Source: the human T2T-CHM13v2.0 reference genome, Homo sapiens. From it: 64,000 nt of DNA. The position numbers were made by a program, and so were the translations under genes. The notes beneath the pieces are model-generated. The model was not told where the DNA came from. It ran no database searches and saw nothing but the letters and a program-made list of their open reading frames with translations. Position 1 is the stretch's first letter. Each line of letters opens with the position of its first letter. This document shows positions 1-18,367 of the stretch, piece after piece. Location: the NCBI RefSeq assembly GCF_009914755.1, contig NC_060941.1. The stretch is one strand, 5' to 3'.

Positions 1-740
1 TACACAGTGCTTGGAGTACAAATTATCTTTTTAAAAGTGAGGAAGGAGAAGAAAAGCAAGTAGCAGGCCTAGAGACTAGTATCCATTAGACACCTAAACT
101 TAAACAAATGTCTTCCCAGGACTCTTATCAAAAGAGAAGAAGAAAAGCCAAGCAGGAGAGTGGGGAGATCACAGGCTTTGGAATGTGGTGGCCCCGGGAG
201 GTTCTATCATCCTTAGCTATGAAACCCAGGGACAACTACTATGACTTCTCCAAACCCCCTATTCTACTGTAAAATAGCAACAAAAATAATAGGCTTGGGA
301 AGTGCTTTAGAGCTTGCTACATACTACAGTCCCTAACAGAGGATCGATACTGTTGGTGCAGCTGCATGGAAACTGTAACCAAGAAGAGACCCCTGCACCT
401 CTCCAATCGCTACCTTTGTATCCACCACTTGCCCTCCCCTACCCACCACCTCTCAACTTAACCTTCCCAAACACAGCACAGACTATCTGAGTCACAATTT
501 CAAAAATATGTCCCTTAAATTGCTCACTCACATCAGAAAAATGATGACTTCCTCTGGTATTCAGTACCCAGCCTGCCCTCAGAGAATCAACAAGTCAAGT
601 GTGCCCCAAAATTCTGCTCTAGTGAAAGTAAGGACTTCCTCCAGCACCTCATATTAAGCCATTCAAATTTATCACTGTGGATCATCTAATTCTATACATG
701 GATCAAGTATCTTTTTCTACAAAAACTTCTGTAAAGAAAA

Positions 741-911
741 GCCAGGTGCAGTGGCCTGGGCCTGTCGTCCCAGATGCTTGGGAGGCTGAGGTGGGAGGAT
801 AACTTGAGGGCAGGAGCCTGAGGCTGCAGTGAGCTATGATTACGCCTGTGAATAGCCAGTGCAGTCCAGCCTGGGCAACATCGTGAGACCCCATCTTTAA
901 AACAAAAAAAA
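741..911 (+). mobile_element. FAM (fossil Alu monomer)
   Basis: Monomer with the FAM/7SL-diagnostic cctgtgaatagcca segment. Confidence 0.8.
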
Positions 912-913
912 TC

Positions 914-1200
914 GTGGCTCACGCCTGTAATCCCAGCACTTGGGAGGCCGAGACGGGTGGATCAGGAGGTCAGGAATTCAAGACCAGCCTGGCGAAGATG
1001 TTTCTCTACTAAAAATACAAAAAAACTAGCCAGGCATGGTGGCAGGCGCCTGTAATCCCAGCTACGCAGGAGGCTGAGGCAGAGAATTGCTTGAACACGG
1101 GAGGCAGAGGTTGGAGTGAGCCGAGATCGCGCCACTGCACTCCAGCCTGGGCAACAGAGCAAGACTTGGTCTCAAAAAAAAAAAAAAACAAAAAACAAAA
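914..1200 (+). mobile_element. Alu (5'-clipped) in the FAM A-tail
   Basis: Alu consensus with A-tail. Confidence 0.92.
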
Positions 1201-1388
1201 AACTTCTGTAAAGAAATTTCAGAAGCTTATTTAAAAAAAAGCATTATAAGTTGTCTGATTTGAGAAAATAAAAGAGCCTTTTCTCATGAGAATTATCAAA
1301 GACTTCTCACCAACTGAACAATCACTGCTGCGTCACATGCAGACAATTCAACGGAATCAAAAAATACACAGAAGCCTCGCAGACTCAC

Positions 1389-1552
1389 CTGGGATGTGCA
1401 GACTTGGGCCTGCTGTCCTACTGCGGCATGGAACCAGGATCTTAACGGAGGGCTGAGTTTGGTTGGGCAGGTGCTACGCGGAGCTCCTGAATGTAAGCGC
1501 TCCTGGACTGTGGCCTGTTCAAACACCGAAGCCGCAGAGCGGGCGTCAGAGC
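1389..1552 (-). other. USP36: USP36 exon 2 (annotated 5'-UTR exon, 164 nt)
   Basis: Minus strand has a pyrimidine tract and acceptor tctccctgtccctcccacag|GC at 1552 and a consensus donor CAG|GTGAGT at 1389. It lies downstream of the CpG island. Assignment to USP36 is from known synteny (USP36 directly downstream of TIMP2, same strand). Confidence 0.8.
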
Positions 1553-2769
1553 CTGTGGGAGGGACAGGGAGACCATCAGTGGAGGCGACTCTTCCTGTGC
1601 CTTCTCTTCAGCTACTTCCCAGGGATGCGGCGCGCACCGGGAACCCTCTACCACGAAAAAGCCGTCCAAGGAGCATCCACGCGTGCACTCAGGATGAGGC
1701 GGGTGGACCGTACTACCTCATCACCAGTTGTTGTAATGCACACGATATGAACACCTTAACCTTGACCCCAGACAAGCCCAGAGAAGGAAAACCTCCCCAA
1801 CACCTGCCAGTCAGCTCCAGTCTAATCTTATTTCCAAAGAGTAAGAGGTAATAAATCCCCAAGTTTTGGATTTAATGAACCAGTAAAACTTCAATAACAA
1901 CAACAACAAACCTCAGGGAGTAATAGGAGTTGCCAAAATTTTGCTTTGCTAAGTGTGGATTTTCTCTTTCATTACCATCTACGATCACTATGATTACATA
2001 AAATTAAGGTTCGTAAAAACAGTTTACAGTGAAAACATTCAAACACACAGATGGAGAACCGCACAGGGAGCACATGAGCCCCCCTTATTCAGCCTCAGTA
2101 ACTACATCTGACCCATCCTGAGTCACTTCCCATCCCCAGGTAATTCTACAGCAAATCTCAGACCTATGACTTCATCCATAAATAAAAGCATACCAACTCC
2201 CGAAAAATGTGTAAGGAAATGATCTCAGAATAAAAGCCATCTACAAAGTGAAGACATCCAGTCGTATTAAAAACTCCCCACAATATCACTGCTTTCGGTT
2301 AGGACTCACATCTACCCTGGAAGGTGAGAACTCTGTCATGCACAACCAACGCTTGAGAACCACTTAGGGAGGGGATAAACGAACCTTGGGAGATGTAACC
2401 CAGTTTCACTCGAGATAAGTAACTTTGAACTTAACCCACTCCTTAATGTAGATGCAGAGATTTTGAACACAATTTTTCAAGTGGGACAGGTCAATCTCTA
2501 CTTCACCAATTCCACCTAAAACATTAAGCAATAACCTAAACAACGCTCGCTCGCTCTCTGACGTGTAGGAGCCCGAGACAAGTGTTCCTGTAATCACTAG
2601 CAATCCCTCCGACGCACACACCATCCACACTCTACCCAACTCAGGAAGGATGCTCTCTCTTGTCCAAGGACAGCACAGGCCTCATCCACATTTCCACCTG
2701 CGCGAACCCCAGCCAGCACCATTTAGGCTCATTCCCGCTCCCTCCTCCTTCTAAAGTCACTTTTCCAGG

Positions 2770-4250
2770 ATGAACTGCAACGGACGCTCGCAGGGTCAAC
2801 CACGTGCTGGGGAGAGGAGCCCACGGAAGCAGCGGCCTCCCGGGGCCCAGCGCCGCGCTCCAGGGGCCTCCCGGGCGACTCCGCAGCGCCTGCCCCGAGC
2901 CCGGCCGCGGACACAGCGACCCGAGCACCTCTCCCCGAGCATGGCTCCGTGGCGAGCGTTACGTAAACGGGGGCGCGCGGAGTCTCCCCTCTCGTGTGTC
3001 TGGGTTTGGCGGCCGCCACTCCAGCCCCAGGCCCAGGACCCCCACGCCACCCGCCAGAAGCAGCAGCATCGGAACCGCACCCCGCCCCGGGCTCCATGGC
3101 CTCCTCCGCAACCACGAGGAAGGTGCCCGCCCCGGGGCCGCACCCGCCCCGCTGAGCTCTGCGGCCGCACGCGACGCCCTCGCCCTGATTCCGACTTCAA
3201 CCTCTCCGAAGTTGACCTGAATCCTGCACAGACAGCGGGCCCCGGCGGCCCCCATCACCGGCCCGGAGCCCGGGGGACGGCGGAGACCGGCGAGGACAGC
3301 CCGGCCCCGGACCCTCCTCGGGAATACCCGGGCTCTGGAGAAGCGAGCTCGCGAGCGGGCGGAGCATCCCGGGTCCTCCTCGGGGACGGCCGAAGCCCTG
3401 CGCGGACCCGCGCCCACGTTCTCCCTGAGCGTCCCGGCTGCGCCCGCCAGCCCTTCCCGCGCCCCAGGCCTCGCGGAACCCCCCGCCCCGGTCTCGTCCC
3501 CAGGCCTGCGCACCGCCCCGACCCGACCCCAGCCTACCCCGGCCTCTCCGCGGGCGCGCCACAAGCCTACGCAGCCCTGGCGACTCCTTCGGCCCGCGGC
3601 CCAGCACGCGCACCATCCGGGCCTCCGGCGCCTCACACACGTGTCACCGCGACGCTTAAAGGCGCCGCACCCAGCGTTCGCGCTGCGCTAACTCCGAAAG
3701 GGTTGGGAGGCTTTAAGAGGCGGGGCTAGATTCCGCTAACTCCCTGTCCCCGCCCACCGCCGCTTCCGTGTCGCCTACGTCACCTCCCCATCACGGGACC
3801 CCGCCAGCCTACGTGATGACGCAAGTGCGCAGAGCCACAGGCGCTCCCGCCCCTGTGCCGCGGCAGGGTGACGTCTCCGCAGCGCACTAGAGGTGCCGCT
3901 ACTTCCGGGTCGGCCGAGCACACCTGGCGGCGTGGCGGACGCCTGAAGTGTGACAGTGGCGCGCGCCCCCGCCCCAGAACGGGGACTCGAGGGACTTTGC
4001 CCACCCCTGCAACAGCCCTCCCGCGCTGTCTCCCGGGCAGGGAGAAGGCTGGGCTCCCCCACCTGCCCCTGGCCGTCAGGTGGCTGTGGAGAAGCGGAGG
4101 CGCGGGCGCTCGGCCTTAACGTCCCGGGCTCTGGGGCCATCCGTGACTCCCACACGCGGAGCACCTGCAGTTTGGGGAGGGAGGGATCTGGGAGCGATCG
4201 GCCAAAGCCTGGGGCTGCCGAGGAAATGGCTCTTCGGAATTAGGGATCTG
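2770..4250. promoter_or_regulatory. USP36: CpG island / USP36 promoter
   Basis: Very high GC and CpG density. GC boxes (gaggcggggc ~3717, ccccgccc ~3748), ETS ACTTCCGG 3901-3908, CRE/ATF-like tacgtca ~3776, tgacgcaa ~3817 and tgacgt ~3869, E-boxes CACGTG 2801-2806 and 3638-3643. No TATA box. Confidence 0.9.
3538..3690 (-). other. USP36: USP36 exon 1 (5'-UTR; TSS approximate)
   Basis: Donor GGG|GTAGG at 3538 inside the CpG island, just downstream of the GC-box/ETS/CRE motif cluster. The 5' limit is an estimate. Confidence 0.65.
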
Positions 4251-4809
4251 AGAGTGTGAGATTTGACCTTTGTAGGCTGGTGGCGGCTGTGCAATCTCTA
4301 GCTCCACCCACTCCCTCCAAAAGCTTTGTCCTCTGACAGCTCTGCGAAGGTTTTAGCTGAGTATTTGTGAGCACGTATTTCTTTTGCAGTATTTTTAAAA
4401 ATCCTCTTGATCTGAGGCAACTTCGCTGGCTTCCTCCCCATTCCCTTGGGCAGGTTGAGAGTGTTGGTTCCTGGCCTGACCTCAGAAACTCAGAGAAGCA
4501 CAGGATGGGCATAAACTACTTTATCCAAAAGGCAGAACTTTGCAAACACAGTCGTATCTGCTGTGTCTTTTTTGATATAAGTAGGAATGATGAGTAGGGT
4601 GAAGTCACAGGTAAACAACCCAAAACGAATTTCCATGCCCTCCCCACGGATCCTAAAGCAGGGACTGGAGATGGGGAGAGAGGCTAGATGTACTTGGAAC
4701 AAAATTCACCTTGTATTTATTACCTGGGCGCTGGTGTTTTTTGAAAAAAGCAAACAAGATAACCATATTAGTCTGATGCTGAGACTATGCCCTATCTGTA
4801 AGAATCCTT

Positions 4810-5509
<700 letters not shown>

Positions 5510-6371
5510 TTACCTTGACCTCCCAGGCAGGGAGCGGACCAGGTAATTTTTGGGTGACAATACAACTATTCTGTTAATGCACCTTTTTCTTGAGGTAAGT
5601 TCTAATGTGATCCGTTTTGGTTACAGCTTTCTATAACAGAATATTTTATTCTTTCATCTTTAATGTTTCTCTAGTTTTCTCTTTTAGGATTTAGAGATCA
5701 TTCAGTCTCATCTCAAATATTTCAATTTCCATGTGGTTCTTTCATAAACATTTATCCACAGTGAGCCTGCCCTGCATTCTTTGGGTGTGGCTGACAGTTG
5801 CAGCCACCCTCAGGTCTGCGGGGGTGGGTGTGTTGCCCCTGAACTGCAATAGCAGAATTTCTCCCTAGCCTGGCAGGGGAGTGCAATCGTGGACTTGCTT
5901 TTCCACCCGCTGGGGTTGCATTTCATAGGTGCCGAGTGCCTGGGGGGCCCAGGCCTTTTCACATGAGGGTTTTCAGCCCAGATGTCCCTCCTGCTCTAGG
6001 GGAACCCTTCACATCAGTCAGGTGACTTGCTGGACTGGTAGAGCCTCTGCCATCAGCCTCTGATGCAAAACCTTTTCTCAGGTGTCTGTGCGGTCCATGG
6101 AGACCCGAGTTCCCAGGTTTGGGAGGGATGCCACTTTCCTTAGGAAGAACAGCAATGTATGTCGTCCTTCCCATCCATGCAGATGGGACAGGGCTCTCAG
6201 GAAATCTGCCATTAGCATCGCCCTAGAAGATGCACAGGCAGAGGCAGCTGCTGGGCACAGGCACTTGGGGAAGACAGGAGCCATGACGCCACGCCACCTG
6301 TTGGTACCCAAAGGAAGTGGCTCTTTTGGCTGCTTGGCACCATTCTTATGACCCTTCCATTTTGTTTCTAG

Positions 6372-6867
<496 letters not shown>

Positions 6868-7224
6868 CCTCCCGGCCTTTTCTCTTGTTTCATTTTGGTA
6901 AACTAAATTAGTTTAATACCTCTACCCCATCGGTGGTTGGAATTCCCCACCTCAATCATTTTGGGGGCTCTCTGCCTCCTTTGAATAGGACAGATCTCCA
7001 GGGGTTTACCCAGGCTCCGAAGAGCCACTCCAGGCAGCCGGCTGTTTGGGGAGGTGCACCCTGGTCTTCTAGTCTGCGGATTCCCTGCATCGCTCCCCTG
7101 GTACTGCTCTCAAGCTCAAGGGTCACCTCAGCCAGATGTGCCCTAGGCTGGCAGAGGTCCTTCCCCTAAATGCAGCTGGGCAGGATGCCACCCTTTCTAC
7201 AATAAGTTCGGTCCCAGGGATTCC

Positions 7225-7335
7225 CCCAACACACACACACATACATTCTCTCTTACTCACATCCTCACACACACTCACACACCCCACCACACTCACACAC
7301 TTTCAAAATCCACCGACTCTCACGCTCACACTCGC
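7225..7335. repeat. Degenerate (CA)n / CACACT repeat
   Basis: Direct inspection. Confidence 0.8.
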
Positions 7336-7982
7336 CAGCCCTTTCCCTTGCTCTGTCACTTCCCTCCAAGTCCCCGCCCCACACAGCCTCCTGCAGTCCC
7401 AGCCCCCTTGGTGCCAGCCATCTCTGGTGCCAGCCATCTCCCCCAAATATCCACCCTTCTGGGCTCCTTTCTGCCCAGAGGGACCTGAAGTTTCCCTAGG
7501 AAGCACTTGCTAAAGGCCTCCAGTCCCCAACTCCTGGGGAAGAAGGATCCAGGCCTCTGCCGCACAAAGCCTCCACTGTTCTCTTGGGGCTGGCACCCCT
7601 TCCTGTGGCCCTGTGGCACCAAACAAATTGATTCGTCCAGCGAATATTTCTTATTTACTCTGTTCCACATGGTGGTGAGTGAATCAACCCTGGACTCTCC
7701 CCACAAAGGACTTAAGAACACGCAGGTTATGAACAAATGAACACTTTTGCATAATTTTTATGACCAACGGTGACCAGGCCAAGAGCAGGATGAGGTGATG
7801 GAGAATACCTTGGCCTGGGGCATCGGAGGAAACTCTTGCGAGGATGTGCTACCTCCGTTGAAAGTGGGAAGATGAGAGACCGGCTGTAAGAGGAGCAAGG
7901 GAAGGAGGTTCTGGAATGAGAGAACAGCACGAACAAAATGCCCGAGACAGGAGCGAGCTTGGCACCTTCAAGAAAATAAAGA

Positions 7983-8108
7983 GGAGAATCACTGAACCTG
8001 GCACGTGGAGGTTGCAATGAGCTGAGATCGCGCCACTGCACTCCAGCCTGCGAGACAGAGCGAGACTCCATCTCAAAAAAAAAAAAAAAAAAAAAAAAGG
8101 AAAGAAAA
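7983..8108 (+). mobile_element. Alu right-arm fragment
   Basis: 3' half of the right arm plus poly-A. Confidence 0.85.
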
Positions 8109-8293
8109 GGAGGCCATTGGGATGGCTGAGGCTGGAAGGGTGGACCAGGTGCCCCACAGGCAAGAGGTCCCAACTATAGATGAAGCACGCAGGCTACAGA
8201 CAGGTGAGTGGTGCCTCGGGTGAGAGGCAAGTTTGTCTCCATAGGTCATCCTGCTACACGGAATTCTCCAGAATCCCCTGCAAAGGTGTAGAT

Positions 8294-8624
<331 letters not shown>

Positions 8625-8637
8625 TCAATGTGACTTG

Positions 8638-9702
<1,065 letters not shown>

Positions 9703-10266
9703 TTAATATAACTTCCAGGCATCTTAACCTTGGAATTTTGAACATACTAGGACGTGTCTTTCCATGAATATTGTAAATTGTCAGGCTGGTCTAACAAGGC
9801 GGTTTTGGAATTCCACTTTGGGAGGTGTAGGAAGAATAACTTTAGAGCGGACCAACCCTCAGACACTGCTGGTAGGCATGTAAAATGGTGCAGTCACTGC
9901 AGAAAACAGGACAGTGCTTCCTCCAAAAGCGAAACATAGGACTACTATACATACTATCTATACATACTATATAAACTGTATATATACACTATGTATACAG
10001 TATAGACATAGTATATATGTCTACACTATATACATAGTATATACACATAGTATATACACATAGTATATATACATAGTATATACCCAGTATATATACATAG
10101 TATATACACAGTATATATACATAGTATATACACAGTATATATACATAGTATATACATATAGATATACGTATATACTATGTATGTAGATATAGATACTATC
10201 TATATATATATTATGCTTCCAGACTTAATTATTGCAATACAATTTTTTGTGTACTATTATGTATAA

Positions 10267-10582
<316 letters not shown>

Positions 10583-10697
10583 TGTATTGCAATAATTATA
10601 CATAATACTACATATATACAAATATACATAATATTGTGTATATACATATATACTGTATATATAGATATATAAATATATAGTAGTTTAGATATATGTA

Positions 10698-10757
10698 TGC
10701 TGAATCAGAGAAGCTGAATTTGAAACAAGCTTAATGTCCTTTCCTTCAAAGATTAAT
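10698..10757 (-). pseudogene. Isolated 60-bp RPL9 fragment
   Basis: tgctgaatcagagaagctgaatttgaaacaagcttaatgtcctttccttcaaagattaat aligns to 8844-8913 of the pseudogene, lacking its 10-bp insertion. Confidence 0.88.
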
Positions 10758-11341
10758 GTTGTATTAATGTAGGTTAATGTTGAATATACATATATGGCTC
10801 TATATATCTATAGTAGATATATATCTACATATATCTATAGTGTATAGATATCTATATACATATACTAAGTGTGTGTGTATATATACGCCAATTAAAAGCA
10901 GGGACACAGATATTTGCACACCCATGTTCATAGCCACATTCTTCACAATAGCCAAAAGGCGGAAGCAACCCAAGTGTCTACTGATGGATGAATGGATAAA
11001 CAAAATGTAATAGATGCACACAATGGAATATTAGCCATGAAAAAGAAGGAAGCATGGATCCATGCTATAATACCAATGGACCTTGAAGACGTGCAAAGTG
11101 AGCTGGACATAACATAGGTGGAATCATGCAGGATGATAGAATATTTAGAATAGGAAAATCCATAGAGACAGAAAGTAGACTAGAGGTTACCAGGGGCTAG
11201 GAGGAGGAGGACGGGGGTTATTGCATCATGGTTACAGAGTTTCTGGGTGGTGGTGAAAAAGTTTTGGAAATAGTGGTGATGGCCATAAAAACATTGTAAG
11301 TGTAATTAACTGAATTGTACACTTAAAAATGGTTAGAAGGT

Positions 11342-11662
<321 letters not shown>

Positions 11663-11827
11663 CTATCATAAAATTGATGCTAGTAAAATATTGTAATTCC
11701 ACTGTTTGGATTTAATTATTTTTTAAAGTTAGATCAGGTAAAAATATCCATTAAAAATTAGGAGGGAAAAGATACTGCTACTGTGTGTCCTATAACTAGG
11801 CTCAAGTTCTTCCATCAGCTCCAAAGT

Positions 11828-12873
<1,046 letters not shown>

Positions 12874-13418
12874 TACAAACTAATCTTAAATCGTTTTCAA
12901 AGATCAGCAAAACATGGATAATTGTTGAAAACAGATCATAGACACATGGAGTTGGTCATACCATTCTCTGCATTTTTGTATATGTTTTAAATTTTCCATA
13001 ATGACTTTAAGTTTGACTTAAATGCATAAATATATGAAAAGGGTATAAATCACCTGGCGTGCTGCTTACTAAAACTCCAAATGTGGGCTGCAAATGCCAA
13101 GTAAGTTCATTTGTATGAAATGGAAAGTTTTGATATTATTATTATAGTATACCACTCAACCATTTTCCCTACATATTTGGACATACAGAAGAAATAATCC
13201 AAATATTTCTGCAGTAGATATTAAGTGGATCACATTTAATGTGACATTGGAGCAAACTTCAGATGTCGTAAGTTTGTTCTTGCTTTTTGGGCAGTAACTG
13301 CACACAGTAGGAAACACGATTCTTCTGGCTGCCCCTGGAATAACAGATTCTGCACAACAGTGTGCACATGGGCCAGGGGGCAGCTAACTGTTCAAATACA
13401 CCATTGAAGAATGTCCAT

Positions 13419-14128
<710 letters not shown>

Positions 14129-14338
14129 GGGGGAGCTTCAATAGTTATTTAAAAAAAGAGAGAGAGAGAGAGACCTAGGAGTTAGATCAACCAACTGCAA
14201 TGGATGGATCTTATTTGGGTCTTGATTCAAACCCATAAACCACGCAAAAGCATCTATGAGACAGTCAGAGATGTTAGAACACTGACTGGATATTTGATGA
14301 CATTGATGAATTCTAAGTAAGTTTTTGACATGTGATAA

Positions 14339-15608
<1,270 letters not shown>

Positions 15609-15793
15609 CTGCATCCCATATTTGACTCAGAGCTCACTGGCCTTGTTTCTCTGGAGGACACAGGGCGCCCCCTCCCGCCGGACAGGAGAGGCTCCTTGCA
15701 GAGGCTGATTCCCATTCTTGAGCTAGGAAGTGGCCGTTCTGAACATCGGATACAGCCACACGGAGAGAGCCCACGTTCTCTTTGATAATACTG

Positions 15794-15799
15794 TTTATT
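15794..15799 (-). terminator. TIMP2: TIMP2 distal polyadenylation signal AATAAA
   Basis: tttatt on +. Last hexamer before the Alu-rich intergenic DNA; further AATAAA at 16057-16062 and 16185-16190. Confidence 0.85.
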
Positions 15800-17715
15800 G
15801 TCCACGGACCGAGCGATTGCTCAAGAATGATACAAAGCATCAGAGACATGCGCAGTCTGCTTGTCAACTTTCAACAACTCTTGTGTGTTCCCAGCACCGG
15901 AAGGTCTCAGACTTCATATTCCAGCATAAACACAGTGCTCCCCTCCCCCAAAAATCCAAACGGAAACAAAATCAACAGAGCTTTAAATTACGGCAGCAAG
16001 TCCAATATTTCTTAATACTTATCAAGCAAAGATTTGAAAATAACTACAATGTAAACTTTATTTTAAATATTTTGAGTTGCTTGCAGGATGAAAATAGGAG
16101 AAGAGAGCTGTGCTTAGAACATAACATATAAATTAAACGATGCCAAATGGAGAGCCTTCTTAAACTATATATATATTGCCACTATTTATTGTGAAGGTAT
16201 TTGAGCGGCTTCCTCTGTCAGCTGCCACCCGGCTCTTCTTAACCTGTTTTGTTTTCTGCTCAGCACGGTTAAAAGACCAACGTGTGTGGATCAAATATAA
16301 AGGCCACACCTTTCAGACCGAACCTACTCAAAGATCCTTTACTTTGCAATAATTTGAACTGGAGAACCAAAGACGGGAGACGAATGAAAGCAAAGATGCT
16401 CAAAGAACCAAAGGAAAGACCTGAAGGAATCCACCTGCATAGGCCACGCGTTCCACTCTGGGTCAAATGCTTCCACGATGCAGAAACCTTTTTTTAAAAA
16501 AGTGCAAGTCTAATACCTACCAAGGGTAATAAAAAACACAGCACAGGAATGATTACAGCTGATGTCAAAAACAAACCAAAACATTAAAAAAACAATCAGC
16601 AGAAACAGGAGTAAATGTTACATATGATATCACCATACAGGAAGCGAACAGGGGTGGGGTGTTATATGGGTTGGAGGGGTCTGGTGGAGTTGTATATACT
16701 GAAATCACATGGACTGGTCCATTATGACATCTTACCAACTTTAGGTCACTGTACAGCATGAAAACGCCCGTGGGGCAGGGGCCGATTCCTGGATACCCTC
16801 CCAGTCTGCCCTAGAAAGGGAAGTCATCAAGATCTGTGCTGACCAGGTCCCGGTGGGCATGGGGGCTGCATGCCACTTGGGGGTCAGGAGTCTTAACAGG
16901 TGCTTTGGGGTTGCCGCTGAATAGAACAGGCTAAGGTGGCTTTGGAAGCATTTTGCAAGACCACGCCCAGGCCGCCAAGCTTCGGTTTCATTGCGTGTGT
17001 ATGTTTACATAATGTGCCTGTATATCGTCAGTTTATCTTTACAACACAGGTGGGAGGAAACAAGAGATTCTCCTTATCATTACCGAGAAAGTTCTTCCTA
17101 TCCTAACCCCCATATCACTGGCTTCAGGAAACCACACTGAGGGAACACATAGGTTCCCTAGTTCCCTAGGAAGTTTCTTAGCTAGGTAATCTTTGTCATT
17201 TAAGAAATACAAGCAGAAGTTGGTATATCTGCAACTCAGGTTCACCTATCATCTGAGAATTCACCTTTAGAAAAATAAGATGTCTCTTAAAACAGGCCAT
17301 AGTGTCCTGGAGGCTGAGAAAGAAGTGAGTGTGTCACCAAAGCCACCTACCTCCAAAATCCTTCCCTTCCTAGGCTGGACTTCTTACTATGCTTAGCTGG
17401 CGTCACATGCAGAAAGCCCCGTGCAGAACGATGGCTGTCAGTCTTTGAGGGAGGGAACACTAAGCCTGGGAGGGCACAGCAAGACCCAGCTTTTTCTGTC
17501 CTCAGGATGTGCAGATGGGGAGCCCAGCCGGGCCCTGCACACAAGCCCGGATAAAGCAAAGCTGTGCAACTCAATCCAGGTGCCTGATGCCAGAACAGGC
17601 AAGAAGCAATGGCAACCGCAGCAGCTAGGGAAGGGACCTTGAGGGCAGCCACCGGCCCCGGACAGCAGCCTCAGGACAGGACCTCACCGATTCCTCCTGC
17701 AAGCTGGGGAGCATG

Positions 17716-17746
17716 TGGGCGGGGGGGGGGGGGGGTGGGGGGTGGG
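17716..17746. repeat. Poly-G tract (G15 plus flanking G runs) in the TIMP2 3'UTR
   Basis: gggc-G15-t-G6-tggg. Confidence 0.95.
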
Positions 17747-18367
17747 TGCAGACCAAAAAGACTCAGCTGAGGCTGGAACGCAGCTCAGCTGGGGTTTCTC
17801 GCTCCCATTTCTACAAGGCTCAGAGGGAGGCTCCCACTGGAATTCTGAGGATTAATAGGATTGATGGGGCTCCTTCAAGAACTAGCCACTGGTTCCAGGC
17901 TGCCCTTGGATGTGGGGGGAGTCAGGTGCTGGGAGCTCATGGTGGGCACCGGGGCGATGGGAGCACTTGCCAGGGGCAGGGAGTGCAGAGGCGTGGAAGC
18001 TGCAGAAAACAAGGGCCATGTCCCTCTCAAGATGAAAGGGACCTGGTAGGCCTGCTACACAGTCTTGCAACGACCCTCAAAAGTTTCTGCAAAATGCACA
18101 TTTCCAGGCCCTGCCCTAACCCAGCTGGGAGATCCCTAAGTGCTGCCTGCTTGGCATCTGTGACGGTGCCAAGGCAGGGACTGGGAGGGAAGCCGCGTGT
18201 CCCAGCCCTGCCTGCACCCAAGGATCGAAGCCCCAGACACATAGTGCCTGGCAGAGGGAGGATGGGATGAGGACCTTGGACCCACGTCTCCCTCCAGACC
18301 CACAACCATGTCTAAAAGGAGAAGGGGGGAGCAGAATCATATTAATTTGGACCCATGGGATGAGTGT

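Noticed and set aside
2770-3729. 319-aa + strand ORF and other long ORFs over the CpG island
   Set aside because: Stop-poor GC-rich sequence open in several frames, low-complexity Pro/Arg/Gly product, no recognisable homology.
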